Shown here: piece after piece, positions 24,862 to 34,269 of the stretch
How positions within the stretch are numbered: the first letter of the stretch is position 1
Layout of the letters: each line of letters begins with the position of its first letter
Source: a virus
Lineage: Duplodnaviria > Caudoviricetes
IMG/VR virus record: IMGVR_UViG_3300037466_003648
Coordinates: 1-64,000 of that record
Reading direction: 5' to 3' (one strand)
Length of the DNA: 64,000 nucleotides
Position numbers and translations under genes: made by a program
Notes under the pieces: model-generated
Seen by the model: only the letters and a program-made list of their open reading frames with translations
Database searches by the model: none
Told to the model about the DNA's origin: nothing

Positions 24862-25221
24862 GTGTCCGACTTGACCCCCGAACAGGTAGCCCAACGCGAG
24901 CTGCGCCAAGACCGTCGGCTTGACGCGCTGAAGGTTGCAGGTTACATCGACCAGGACGACACCGATCCGGTCAACACACGGCGGTACATCATCGTCTACC
25001 ACGCCAGCATCATCGTGACGTGCTTCGGCGCGATCGATGCCGATACGCTCGAAGAGGTGGGCAAGGTCATCGAGCAGATCGACATCCAGCAAGGCAGCAT
25101 CAAGAAGGTGATCGACCTGGACACCAACCAGCCGGTCAAGTTCGTGATCAAGCGCAATGTCTGGGTTGAGTTCCCCGACGAAAAGTCCGATTCCTTGTCG
25201 GACACGGGGGTAGGCCAGTGA
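24862..25221 (+). CDS. hypothetical protein
   Basis: SD AAGGAG, GTG start. Confidence 0.7.
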   Translation: MSDLTPEQVAQRELRQDRRLDALKVAGYIDQDDTDPVNTRRYIIVYHASIIVTCFGAIDADTLEEVGKVIEQIDIQQGSIKKVIDLDTNQPVKFVIKRNVWVEFPDEKSDSLSDTGVGQ

Positions 25222-25445
25222 GCATCCCAGCCCATAAGGTAGGACGCCAATCCGATCCGTGCCGGGACTGCAGCAAGCCCATCGGCAATCAGGGACAGTG
25301 GTACCCCCACCCCTTCCACGGCCACAAGCCCTACGGCCGTTGTCCGTCCTGCGTGCAGGCGGTTTGGGAGAAGATGCTGGCCCAGGTGCCGCCAGCACCC
25401 CCGGAATCCTCACGGAACCAGCTGCAGGAAGGAGGCGAGGCGTGA
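25218..25445 (+). CDS. small Cys/His protein
   Basis: GTGA overlap; CRDC...CPSC. Confidence 0.55.
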   Translation: MSIPAHKVGRQSDPCRDCSKPIGNQGQWYPHPFHGHKPYGRCPSCVQAVWEKMLAQVPPAPPESSRNQLQEGGEA

Positions 25446-25831
25446 CCTCGACGGAAATCAATGAAGGTATAGAGAAGCTGGCGGATGGCCTCGACATGGG
25501 CGAGCCGGTAGCCATCAAGGGCTTGGAGATGACCGGCAAGGTCATCCCATACATTGGCTGGTACTGGCGCGAGGTGAACTTCGACAGTCCCATCACGCTG
25601 GGTCACTGTGGCCGCTTCGCCGGCTTCATGGAAAACAACAAGTGGGGGTACGACGAGCGGACGCTAACAGCCGAACAAAGCGCTGAGGTGCGCCGGCAGG
25701 CCGAGAACCTCGTGCGCCTGGCTGGTCTGGGCAATCCTATCGAGACGGAGTTACAGACCTTCTGCGATACCATCCAGGCGTCCTGGTCGGCATCCCAGCG
25801 GAAGCCGGAAGGAGAGAACGATGCCACGTAA
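25442..25831 (+). CDS. hypothetical protein
   Basis: SD AAGGAGG; GTGA overlap. Confidence 0.65.
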   Translation: MTSTEINEGIEKLADGLDMGEPVAIKGLEMTGKVIPYIGWYWREVNFDSPITLGHCGRFAGFMENNKWGYDERTLTAEQSAEVRRQAENLVRLAGLGNPIETELQTFCDTIQASWSASQRKPEGENDAT

Positions 25832-26030
25832 GCAGGCACAGAAGATGATCTGCGTCGGGTGCCACAAGCCCCTCCTGTGCGACCCGGACGACAATCCGAT
25901 CTGCTGGGACTGCGCTTCGACCGTGCTGGAAACCACGGACGCGGCGATGCCCCTGGACGTGATGCGCGAGGCCATCCGGCTTGGCGAGGCGAAGCGGGCG
26001 CAAGGCAGCGAGGTCCAGCCCAATGAGTGA
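25821..26030 (+). CDS. small zinc-binding protein
   Basis: SD AAGGAG; CVGC...CWDC. Confidence 0.6.
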   Translation: MPRKQAQKMICVGCHKPLLCDPDDNPICWDCASTVLETTDAAMPLDVMREAIRLGEAKRAQGSEVQPNE

Positions 26031-26376
26031 GCGTTTGCACGAGATCGCAAACCGGCTGAGCGCGGCAACTCCAGCCCCGTGGGAGGTGCGAGACATGCAC
26101 AGCACCTTCCATAGCGCCGTCGTGTTCCACGGTCGCCACGAGAAGAACCAGACCATCATCCAATGGCTCAATGGCTACAACCGGCCTGCCGACCTGGCCC
26201 TTGTTGTCAACGCGCCTGCCGACCTGGCGGATCTCGTCCGGGTAGCCAAGGCCGCCAAGGATGTTTGCTCCCAGGTGGCGGAGTTCGGCCAGGTCGTGGA
26301 CAGCGAGACGATGGATGCTCTGTTCAACGCGCTGGCCGCGCTGGACACCCCGGTAGCCAACAAGGACCGGCCCTGA
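26023..26376 (+). CDS. Ead/Ea22-like phage protein
   Basis: RLSAATPAPWEV...ADLALVVNAPADL pattern. Confidence 0.6.
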   Translation: MSERLHEIANRLSAATPAPWEVRDMHSTFHSAVVFHGRHEKNQTIIQWLNGYNRPADLALVVNAPADLADLVRVAKAAKDVCSQVAEFGQVVDSETMDALFNALAALDTPVANKDRP

Positions 26377-26591
26377 TGCCCCAAGCCTGCTACAAGTGCT
26401 ACCGATGCGGCAAGGACCTAGAGCCCGGCTATACGGGCTATTGCGGGATGCGCTGCTACAAGAAAGGACCTGTATTCATGGCCCCGTGGAACGCTGCGGT
26501 GATCGGCAAGGTGATGGACGACGAGCGACGGGCGGCCAATCCGTTCTGGGACCAGCACGGCCCGGTATCCACGCAGGACATGACCAAGTAA
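26376..26591 (+). CDS. small Cys-rich protein
   Basis: TGATG overlap; CYRC...CGMRC. Confidence 0.55.
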   Translation: MPQACYKCYRCGKDLEPGYTGYCGMRCYKKGPVFMAPWNAAVIGKVMDDERRAANPFWDQHGPVSTQDMTK

Positions 26592-26614
26592 CCACAGCCG
26601 AAAGGAGCCCTTTC

Positions 26615-27280
26615 ATGACCCATCTCCAGGAAGTCACCCACCCGCTCTGGTTCCATCACGGTAACACGACAGGTACCGAGTTGTTGACCATCCGGTACCC
26701 CGCTCTCGACAAGTGCCCAGCCTTCGCCCGGTCGTTCCAAGCAGTGACGTTCACGGGTGAAGAGCACATTCTGCGGCTGTTGACCGCCGTGGATGCGTTG
26801 TTCTCCTACGCGACGAAGTACCCGAACGCGCAGGCTACGCACGAAGGTACCTGGGGATCGGTCACCAGCAAGAACGATGGCCTCTTCTACCTCCAGGACA
26901 ACCAGAAGAATGTGTTCCCGGTCAACCTGTTCGGGCTGTACCACATCGTGGACAGCTTCTGTACGGGTGAACACTCAACAATGCAGCGGCTTACCAGGGT
27001 GGTCAACGCCCGTCAGGAGCGCGCGCTGTACCCACCTACCCAGCAGTTAATCGACCAACTCGTGAAGGTGACCGAGGATGTGGGTGCTCGTCTGAACGGC
27101 GTGAGGTTGCGCGCCGACTTCGCTGATACCACGGCGCGTTTGATCGAACGCGCGGGTCAGCTCGACTCGCTCAATCGTGGGTTGCTGGACCTGATCGAGG
27201 CTTACGGGCTCAAGCCTTCACCCAAGTACAACAACTACGATGCCTGGCGCATCTCCAAGATCATCGCGGAGGCCAAATGA
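26615..27280 (+). CDS. hypothetical protein
   Basis: GCCGAAAGGAGCC RBS, ATG 26615. Confidence 0.7.
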   Translation: MTHLQEVTHPLWFHHGNTTGTELLTIRYPALDKCPAFARSFQAVTFTGEEHILRLLTAVDALFSYATKYPNAQATHEGTWGSVTSKNDGLFYLQDNQKNVFPVNLFGLYHIVDSFCTGEHSTMQRLTRVVNARQERALYPPTQQLIDQLVKVTEDVGARLNGVRLRADFADTTARLIERAGQLDSLNRGLLDLIEAYGLKPSPKYNNYDAWRISKIIAEAK

Positions 27281-27738
27281 GTGTTCACCTGATCGCGGAG
27301 TTCAAAGGGAAGTACCACTTCCTGAGCAACTTCTACATCGCGCCGGTTACCCTCTGGCACCCGCTGTTCGGCGAACAGCGTTACCCCACGACCGAGCACG
27401 CCTACCAGGCAGCGAAGTGCGAGAACCGCGAAGGCCACGATCTGATCCAAGTGGCGGGCACACCGGGCAATGCCAAGCGCATGGGTGCCATTGCCAAGCT
27501 GCGACCGGACTGGGAGCAGATCAAGGACAACGTCATGACGGCGGTCGTCGGGGCCAAGTTCGCCCAGCACGATGCGCTGCACGCGCAGCTACTCGCAACC
27601 GGTGATGCCTACCTGATGGAAGGCAACGAGCACGGCGATAAGATCTGGGGCTGCGTGGAGCACGTCAGCGGCGAATGGATAGGCGAGAACCGACTGGGTC
27701 GGATTCTCATGAAGCTGCGGAAGGAGCTGCGCGGATGA
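27277..27738 (+). CDS. NADAR (YbiA-like) family ADP-ribose/N-glycosidase
   Basis: FLSNFY, YPTTEHAYQAAK, KFAQH..L..QLLATG, DKIWG, GENRLGRILM. Confidence 0.9.
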   Translation: MSVHLIAEFKGKYHFLSNFYIAPVTLWHPLFGEQRYPTTEHAYQAAKCENREGHDLIQVAGTPGNAKRMGAIAKLRPDWEQIKDNVMTAVVGAKFAQHDALHAQLLATGDAYLMEGNEHGDKIWGCVEHVSGEWIGENRLGRILMKLRKELRG

Positions 27739-28064
27739 ACGATCAAGTGGTCCTCCTGGGGTGTTACCATCCCTCTTGTCGGGGTGTCACCCCGGTCGCC
27801 ATCCACAACACGGACCACGCCGAATGGACCTGCGTGGCGTGCGGTTGGTACAACTACCACGACACCGCCTTCAATCGGTTCTACGCCCTCGACCCCAACG
27901 AGGACGCGAAGAAGGACTTCCCTAACGCCACCTGGTCCAGCGAAGCCGTCGTGGCGCAGGTCGAGTCCCACCCGGCCAAGACCCGAAGGGTTGTCCATGG
28001 GGTAGGACTGGTCTTGCTGATCGCAATGTTCCTGCTACTATGGAGGAATGGTTGGGTTAAGTAG
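27735..28064 (+). CDS. Cys-rich protein with C-terminal TM
   Basis: SD AAGGAG; ATGA overlap. Confidence 0.6.
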   Translation: MNDQVVLLGCYHPSCRGVTPVAIHNTDHAEWTCVACGWYNYHDTAFNRFYALDPNEDAKKDFPNATWSSEAVVAQVESHPAKTRRVVHGVGLVLLIAMFLLLWRNGWVK

Positions 28065-28083
28065 GAACGACGCAGGAGGTTTC

Positions 28084-28410
28084 ATGTCACTACCGGCACC
28101 TCGCTTGGAAAAGCGGGACGAGGTTCAGGTCATCGCGGGTGACCAAATCGGCCTCACGGGCAAGGTCATCAACATTCTCCAAGGTGCTGGTAGCAGGATC
28201 GTCGTACAGTTCGGTCCTGCCGTGTTTGGTACTTTCACCAGCAACGAACTCAAACGCGTGTCGAAAGGAGCCGTCGTTGTCCAACCTCAAGTTGTTGAAA
28301 CTGCACAAGTCGAAGAATGCTCTGTTGGAGGATCTTCGGCGCTTGGTGCAGGCGGGAATCACGCCGAAGTCCGGCCCCTGGAACTCCGAAACCTTAGGCT
28401 GGACCCGTGA
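28084..28410 (+). CDS. KOW-motif protein
   Basis: RDEVQVIAGDQIGLTGKVINI; tail overlaps the next gene. Confidence 0.55.
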   Translation: MSLPAPRLEKRDEVQVIAGDQIGLTGKVINILQGAGSRIVVQFGPAVFGTFTSNELKRVSKGAVVVQPQVVETAQVEECSVGGSSALGAGGNHAEVRPLELRNLRLDP

Positions 28411-29386
28411 CACCTGGAATCGCGCCCAAGAACTGGACATCCAGCTCCTCTCGCGCAATCTCTACTCCGAGCGGTTGGGTCCGCTGCGCGAGGTTGTGAA
28501 GCAGCTGCATCTCGAAGAAGGGGTGCCTCACGCGGGCTTCGCCAAGGTCAGCTTGGGCGGCGATGCCCAGGACATGATCAAAGACCTCGCGATCTTCTAC
28601 CTCGTGTACCGGTATTTCCCGGAGCGCGACAAGGCGAACCAAGGTCGAGGTGGGTGGAGTCTGTCTACCATCCGCTGTGCCAAGAACAGCGGCATCTCGC
28701 TTGCGAGCGTGACCAAGTACAAGTACTGGTTCGGCAGCGTCGACGAAGCCGAGCAGCTGGCACTGCAGCTCATCCGCCACGGCTACAACGGTAACCAACC
28801 CGTGACGGGCATCATGTCGCAGCTGAACTTCGTTCCGCCGCACGTCAACAAGCGCAGCTTCATCAACTTCATCCAGCAACACCCACGTTGGAACCTCAAA
28901 CCCAATCAACCTCTACCCATCCCCGTGCTCGCCGCCCCCGAGGAGGAGCCCACCGTGGACCCGACCCCAACCAGCCCCTTCGCTGGCTTGACCAAGCTGT
29001 TCGACCAACCCAAGGAGACCTCACCCGTGGACTACTCGACCGCGAGCAGCCCTGCGCCCGCACCAACTCCCCAACCCACCGAGATGCCTGCTCAGTTGAC
29101 GCCGAAGTACCTGCCTGGCACGATCGTGTTGGTCAGCTACAATCCGGGACAGTGGACGCTTGCTCAGGTGGATGAAGTGGTCGTGCGCTGGACGCGCACC
29201 GGGACTTCCGAGTTCGCCTACAAGGTGACCGACTCGAACGGTACGCAGGAGACCATGACCAAGCGCTCCAGCATCATCAGCCCTGACGAGTTTGTCGACC
29301 AGCTCGCGAGTCTTGCCCAGTTGGCAGAGAAGCGCGAACTGCCGCTCAACGAGTGGCGCGACGAGCACCCTCTTACCAGTACCTAG
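28277..29386 (+). CDS. hypothetical multidomain protein with Pro/Thr-rich linker
   Basis: SD GAAAGGAG, TTG start 28277. Confidence 0.7.
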   Translation: MSNLKLLKLHKSKNALLEDLRRLVQAGITPKSGPWNSETLGWTRDTWNRAQELDIQLLSRNLYSERLGPLREVVKQLHLEEGVPHAGFAKVSLGGDAQDMIKDLAIFYLVYRYFPERDKANQGRGGWSLSTIRCAKNSGISLASVTKYKYWFGSVDEAEQLALQLIRHGYNGNQPVTGIMSQLNFVPPHVNKRSFINFIQQHPRWNLKPNQPLPIPVLAAPEEEPTVDPTPTSPFAGLTKLFDQPKETSPVDYSTASSPAPAPTPQPTEMPAQLTPKYLPGTIVLVSYNPGQWTLAQVDEVVVRWTRTGTSEFAYKVTDSNGTQETMTKRSSIISPDEFVDQLASLAQLAEKRELPLNEWRDEHPLTST

Positions 29387-29416
29387 GCGGGTCTCCGCCT
29401 CGAAAGGACGTGACCC

Positions 29417-29803
29417 TTGACCAGCAACGTGACCAACATCATCGCCTTCAGCCACCGTCTCCACATCGAGGCGGAGAGCCGCTTGGCGAAGTTGTACCCC
29501 GGCGCCGTCTTCCACGAGATGCTGTACCACTGCGAGGACCGCAACGCGCTGGAGACCGACATCGACCGCATCATGGGCGAACTCAAGGCCAAGGGCGCGC
29601 TCGATGGCCGGGTCGTCATCACACCGCCCAGCCTTTCCGCCGCGGCGTCGCTGTTGATCATCGCGATCTTCCGCGAGACCGGCCACTTCCCCGACATCGT
29701 CAACCTCATGCAGACCGGCGCGGTGTACGTGCCTGGCTACAAGACGCCAGTGTTCCGGGGTCAGGCGTTCGGCGATCGTAGGCGCCGCGCACGCGCATCC
29801 TAG
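29417..29803 (+). CDS. Csx15-like protein (CARF-like, type III CRISPR-associated family), stand-alone
   Basis: IIAFSHRL resembles Csx15 ILNFSHPL; VVITPPSLSAAASLLIIAIFRETGHFPDIVNL resembles ILVNPPSL...LLAELHGRMGYFPxILRL; size (128 aa) is also typical. Confidence 0.62.
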   Translation: MTSNVTNIIAFSHRLHIEAESRLAKLYPGAVFHEMLYHCEDRNALETDIDRIMGELKAKGALDGRVVITPPSLSAAASLLIIAIFRETGHFPDIVNLMQTGAVYVPGYKTPVFRGQAFGDRRRRARAS

Positions 29804-29818
29804 CGAGGATCGGCCACG

Positions 29819-30193
29819 ATGACCGACAACGACCTAGACGGCCTAATCCTACTGGCCGAAGCTGGTGTACTGTTTCTCCGTGAGGAAGGTCCGTACACCC
29901 TCTACCTGGATGGCAACGAACCATGGATGTATCTCTGGCTCGACAAGCCCAGCTTCGTCCTCAATTGGTATCGTTGGAAGCTCAGACCGGGCGGTAAGGA
30001 CAAGGGCTATCCCGGCCTGAGCCAAAAGAAACTCCGCAAGTTTGCCAAGGTGCTGCGTGCCGTTGCCAAGGACGCCCGCATGCACAGCCCGCTAAGCAAG
30101 TCGATTGCTGCGGCCGTTGAGCGCCACCAGCGCACCCAGATGGAACGTCTGTACGCTACGACCAAGGACGGTTCCAAGCAGGACGCGGTTTAA
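29819..30193 (+). CDS. hypothetical protein
   Basis: ORF, SD GAGG. Confidence 0.6.
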   Translation: MTDNDLDGLILLAEAGVLFLREEGPYTLYLDGNEPWMYLWLDKPSFVLNWYRWKLRPGGKDKGYPGLSQKKLRKFAKVLRAVAKDARMHSPLSKSIAAAVERHQRTQMERLYATTKDGSKQDAV

Positions 30194-30206
30194 CAAGGAG
30201 TTTTAG

Positions 30207-30503
30207 ATGCCTGGCTGTCCCAAGTTCGTTCAACTCAAGCACCTCCAACTCATCGACGTCCTGCGGGGTGCCGATGAGTTCCACCGCCTGCGCAACAAGG
30301 TCTCGATCGACGAGTACCTGCGCAAGCACTACCCTACGGTCCCGTGGAAGCTGATCAACCTCAAGATCGAGCGCGCCCACGATGAGGGCTACCTGGAATG
30401 CGGCGTCAGCGAACGCACCGGCTGGCTCACCTCCAAGGGGAAGGCCAAACTCCAGGAACTCGAAGAAGCCCAACTGCTGAAAGGAGCCCCCGATGCCGTG
30501 TAA
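30207..30503 (+). CDS. hypothetical protein, possible winged helix
   Basis: SD AAGGAG; KIERAHDEGYLECGVSERTGWLTSKG. Confidence 0.65.
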   Translation: MPGCPKFVQLKHLQLIDVLRGADEFHRLRNKVSIDEYLRKHYPTVPWKLINLKIERAHDEGYLECGVSERTGWLTSKGKAKLQELEEAQLLKGAPDAV

Positions 30504-30972
30504 CATCGTTCTCGCGATGTACGATGCCGATCATCCCGTTGCCAAGGATGCCCAGAAGTGCACGGGCGTCACGGACACCTGCCCCGATCAAGAGTGCCTG
30601 GCGTGCAGCGTGCGGGAGTGTCCCAGCTGCGAACCGCTGCACTTCCACCACGATGGCTGTCCTGCCTGTATTCGCCAGCACGAGATGGCGATGAAGAAGC
30701 TGGACGCCGAGGTCAACCAAGCCGTGTTCCCCGGTGCGGTGAGCCTGGGTAAGTACACGTCGCCGTCCACCGACATCGAGGCGGCGATGCTCGTCCTGTG
30801 CAAGGTTCGTGGCAACCTGGACTTCCTGATCGGCAACACGCCGGAGGGGCAGTACTATTGCTACATCGCCCTCACCAGCAACTACGGCAAGAAGGGCATC
30901 GGCGACACCATCTCCGAAGCCATCTGCCGCTGCGCGCTGCTGGTGATGGAGTCTGGCTTGGTGAAGCTGTGA
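30493..30972 (+). CDS. Cys-rich N-terminus plus phage ABA-sandwich-like domain
   Basis: SD GAAAGGAG; STDIEAAMLVL...TISEAICRCALLV. Confidence 0.6.
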   Translation: MPCNIVLAMYDADHPVAKDAQKCTGVTDTCPDQECLACSVRECPSCEPLHFHHDGCPACIRQHEMAMKKLDAEVNQAVFPGAVSLGKYTSPSTDIEAAMLVLCKVRGNLDFLIGNTPEGQYYCYIALTSNYGKKGIGDTISEAICRCALLVMESGLVKL

Positions 30973-31358
30973 TCCGCGACGACATCAAGATCGAGCTGGA
31001 GGACATTGGCGAAGGTCAGTGCGGTGATTACGATCCCGAAGACCCTGACGATACGCCTCTTCTCCGCTTCTCCTGCTACGTCAAGGGCAAGCTGCGTCAG
31101 CAGATCTTGAAGGATCGTTCGTTCGATCTGGAAGACCTTACCGAGTCGAGCACGATCACCTGGGTGGCGGTCAACAACGCCTCGTTCTGCACGCAGCTGC
31201 CTGCTACCATGGACGCAGCCGATCAAGCCCGAGCCGAAGAGTTGCTGATGAACAAGCTCTACGAGCCCATCACCTCCGGTACCGACTTGAAGCGCACTCT
31301 CGAAGAGGCCAGTTGGATCGATCCAACGTGGCTGTCACCCAGAACAAACCCACTCTAA
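30969..31358 (+). CDS. hypothetical protein
   Basis: GTGA overlap; LEDIGEGQCGDYDPEDPDDTPLLRF. Confidence 0.7.
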   Translation: MIRDDIKIELEDIGEGQCGDYDPEDPDDTPLLRFSCYVKGKLRQQILKDRSFDLEDLTESSTITWVAVNNASFCTQLPATMDAADQARAEELLMNKLYEPITSGTDLKRTLEEASWIDPTWLSPRTNPL

Positions 31359-31374
31359 GCAAGGAGTCTGCACG

Positions 31375-31677
31375 ATGAAGAGCGATCTGCTTCCCCTCAC
31401 CAGCTTGGAGTTGGGAGACATCTTCGAGTTCGAGACCGAACCGACCACGCTCGACGACCACAACGAACTGCACTTCGCCTGGCATCGGCTCGACTACATC
31501 GACCTCAAGCACTCCACGATGGAGTACACCACCCTGGCGCAAGCCGGTGATGGGGTGACCCTGCGCAAGCGCAACACACTCAACAGCACGTTCTTGGCGG
31601 AGTACCAGGTCGTCCGGCGTAGTCTGGACGACAACCCGCTACAGATCGCGCTGGAAAGCCGAAAGGAGCCTTCATGA
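31375..31677 (+). CDS. hypothetical protein
   Basis: SD AAGGAG. Confidence 0.65.
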   Translation: MKSDLLPLTSLELGDIFEFETEPTTLDDHNELHFAWHRLDYIDLKHSTMEYTTLAQAGDGVTLRKRNTLNSTFLAEYQVVRRSLDDNPLQIALESRKEPS

Positions 31678-32327
31678 ACCCTTTGGAAGAGATCCAGCTG
31701 ACCGCCCAAACGATCTACCAGCGTGAGCGGGCTCTGGAGAGCGAGTACTATACTGCCCTGCTGCAGCTCACGCTGGCGGGGCTGAAGCGCTTCAAGTTCA
31801 AGCTGCCCGTGGCCGAAGAGTTGCCTCACCAGGGCGATTGGTCGAGCAAGAACAAGGACACCATTACCCTGGTCGAAGACGAGCAGGGCGTCATACAAGC
31901 CACCTGGTTCGTCTACGACCACAGTGGCGCGACCGAAGGCAGGCGCTACAAAGGTCCGCTGTTCGACATGCCACCCGAGGTGCAGGCGCGCACGTTCAAG
32001 TTGCTCTACTACAAGCACATGGCGCTCATGAGCGAGATACTGGGTCGCATCCGCCATGAGGTTAGCAGCGCCTCGCGCGCCGTCGAGACCGCTCGGGAAG
32101 CTCGGCAACGCGACAAGAACCTGGAGGAGCCAAAGCCGTGCACATCAACCTCATCGTCAACGCCTACTACACCTGCAACCTCGGCCGACAAACCGACATC
32201 CAGGTCGAGAACGACAACGGCCAAGTCCGCCCGCTCTGGAGCGGCTACACCCAAGAGCGCAACGCCGTCGCCGCGGCGCAAGGCTGGGCAGACTTCTTCG
32301 GCGTCGAAGTTAGGCGCCAGTCGCTGA
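31674..32327 (+). CDS. hypothetical protein (low-complexity tail overlaps the next gene)
   Basis: GCCGAAAGGAGCC RBS; ATGA overlap. Confidence 0.65.
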   Translation: MNPLEEIQLTAQTIYQRERALESEYYTALLQLTLAGLKRFKFKLPVAEELPHQGDWSSKNKDTITLVEDEQGVIQATWFVYDHSGATEGRRYKGPLFDMPPEVQARTFKLLYYKHMALMSEILGRIRHEVSSASRAVETAREARQRDKNLEEPKPCTSTSSSTPTTPATSADKPTSRSRTTTAKSARSGAATPKSATPSPRRKAGQTSSASKLGASR

Positions 32328-32368
32328 ACGCACCCTACCCGCCCGTAGCCGAAGGAGCGTCGTACTGA
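32138..32368 (+). CDS. hypothetical protein
   Basis: SD GGAGGAG, GTG start. Confidence 0.6.
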   Translation: MHINLIVNAYYTCNLGRQTDIQVENDNGQVRPLWSGYTQERNAVAAAQGWADFFGVEVRRQSLNAPYPPVAEGASY

Positions 32369-32583
32369 TGCCGCTGCCATGTAAGCGCTGCGGCGGTGAG
32401 ACGTTCAACCACTACCACCAAGTGCTCTGCCGGAAGTGCACGCAGTGTCAGAGCTGTGAGTGCTGTCCGTGCGAGCAGATTGGTTGCCCCGATTGTCCAG
32501 CGGGTGGTCGCCGTGAAGGCGAAGACTCGCTGGACTACTTTGCACGTCGTATGTTCGGCGAGGAGACACAAGATGGCAAGTAA
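32368..32583 (+). CDS. small Cys-rich protein
   Basis: SD AAGGAG; ten Cys residues. Confidence 0.6.
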   Translation: MPLPCKRCGGETFNHYHQVLCRKCTQCQSCECCPCEQIGCPDCPAGGRREGEDSLDYFARRMFGEETQDGK

Positions 32584-32797
32584 ACGGTGTCTCCGGCGTA
32601 AGTCCTGCGAGAGCAAGAAGCGCTTCGAGACGATGGAGATCGCCATCCAAATGAGCGGGCAGCGCATGCGGCAAACACAAGGTAAGTCCGGCACCCTGCA
32701 CGCTTACAAGTGTCAGTTCTGCAGTGGCTACCACATGGGCCACCCACCGGGTTCGGCTAGCACCAAACCCAAACCCAAGATTTGGAGAACACGATGA
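32573..32797 (+). CDS. small zinc-finger protein (AYKCQFCSGYHMGH)
   Basis: SD GAGGAG; C...CxxC...H pattern common in phages. Confidence 0.65.
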   Translation: MASKRCLRRKSCESKKRFETMEIAIQMSGQRMRQTQGKSGTLHAYKCQFCSGYHMGHPPGSASTKPKPKIWRTR

Positions 32798-33006
32798 ACC
32801 TGTGGATTCGCGTCTCACGCCTCTACAAGGAGCAGAATGACCTGGTCATGTTCGGACCTGGCGGCATCACCGCGTTGGAAAAGACCGACGACGGCGAGTT
32901 GACCATCCTGCGTGGTAAGGACAGTCCTGCAGATGGGTGGGAAGTCGAGGATTCGATCAACACCCTGGAGGCCCATATCACCATCGCGATGAGGGGGAAG
33001 TCATGA
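32794..33006 (+). CDS. hypothetical protein
   Basis: SD GGAG; ATGA overlap. Confidence 0.6.
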   Translation: MNLWIRVSRLYKEQNDLVMFGPGGITALEKTDDGELTILRGKDSPADGWEVEDSINTLEAHITIAMRGKS

Positions 33007-33479
33007 GCACCGGGTTGCCCTGCCTCTATTGTCACGCCGACCCCTGCCGCGGCGCTCCCAACTGGTGTTGCCAGGCGCTCAAGGACGTCGTCGAAGCGAA
33101 CGAAGAGACCAACCGTCTCAAGAACACCGGCATCCCGACGATCCTGTTCTGCCCGGAGTGCAAGTACCAGCACGTCGACCGCGGCGAGTGGGCCACCAAG
33201 CCCCACCGTACACACCTGTGTGAGATCTGCGGTCATCTCTGGCGTCCCTTCGAGGTCGCCACCTACGGCACCACAACCCAAGACATCTTCGTGCCCGAGG
33301 TACTCGCCTCCGTCAAGAACACACCACCCTACAAGACTCTTGGCAAGTTCATGGCCGAGGGCTACTGCCCGCACAAGCTGTTCGGCGAGGCTTGGTGGAA
33401 GACCCGTACGGCCGAATACGTCAACACCCACGGCTGCGACATCTGCCGTGTGGCTTCACGGAGGGAGCGGCCCTTCTAG
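33003..33479 (+). CDS. Cys/His-rich hypothetical protein
   Basis: IPTILFCPEC..QHVD...PHRTHLC..CGHLW. Confidence 0.7.
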   Translation: MSTGLPCLYCHADPCRGAPNWCCQALKDVVEANEETNRLKNTGIPTILFCPECKYQHVDRGEWATKPHRTHLCEICGHLWRPFEVATYGTTTQDIFVPEVLASVKNTPPYKTLGKFMAEGYCPHKLFGEAWWKTRTAEYVNTHGCDICRVASRRERPF

Positions 33480-33487
33480 GAGATCCC

Positions 33488-33700
33488 ATGAGCACCGTTC
33501 TCAGTCCCACCCACCAGTGCGCCTACGTGGTCATGCAAGAGCCCGTGACCTCGTGCAACGCACCCTGCTTCTCGTGGAGCTTCACCGGCCCCAACGGTCC
33601 GTGGGTCTCCCTCTGCCTGGATCACATCCCGTTCTGGCCGTTCAAGGGATCGGGCGAGTTCGCGCCGCTGATTCGCCTCCCGGAGGACACCAAGTCATGA
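33488..33700 (+). CDS. hypothetical protein
   Basis: SD AGGAG. Confidence 0.6.
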   Translation: MSTVLSPTHQCAYVVMQEPVTSCNAPCFSWSFTGPNGPWVSLCLDHIPFWPFKGSGEFAPLIRLPEDTKS

Positions 33701-34071
33701 CCGGCACGCACACCCATCTCTACTGCCTGAACTGCAAGGCAGTCACACAACACGACGACGCGGGCGACTTCCAGTGGTCCTGTGTGGGCTGTCAGCGTCT
33801 CATCCACGCACCGGACGGCGCCCATCTGCAGGAGGTCTTCAGCGAGGTCAAGATCGCATTGATGATCGCTTGCGAGTTGCCGATCGCACGTCGCTACGAG
33901 CGCTGCCGTCTTCAGCAGCTGAATGACCCTGACGGGATCATCGCAGTCTGGAACGACATCATGCAGCCTGTCGTGTATGTCAACCGCCTGCGAGCAGAGT
34001 TGCTGCCCGATCGTGTCCTGCACACCCTCTTCACCAACGCGTTGATCGACATGGTCAACACCCGTCCGTGA
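33697..34071 (+). CDS. zinc-ribbon hypothetical protein
   Basis: SD GGAGG; CLNC...CVGC. Confidence 0.6.
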   Translation: MTGTHTHLYCLNCKAVTQHDDAGDFQWSCVGCQRLIHAPDGAHLQEVFSEVKIALMIACELPIARRYERCRLQQLNDPDGIIAVWNDIMQPVVYVNRLRAELLPDRVLHTLFTNALIDMVNTRP

Positions 34072-34269
34072 GCGCGGAGCAGGCACGCCGCGTCGGCGTT
34101 GGTTTGGTGGGCATCGTTGACACGCTCTTGGCGCTTGACGATGCCCGTTTTCTTGCCGCTCTCCAGGAACTGCCGGAGACCGCCCTAAACGGGCTGTTGA
34201 CTGGTTGGAGGGGCGGTGCATTCACCCGCCGTTACACCGATCTGGTTCTCGAAAGGAGCCCTTCCGCCC

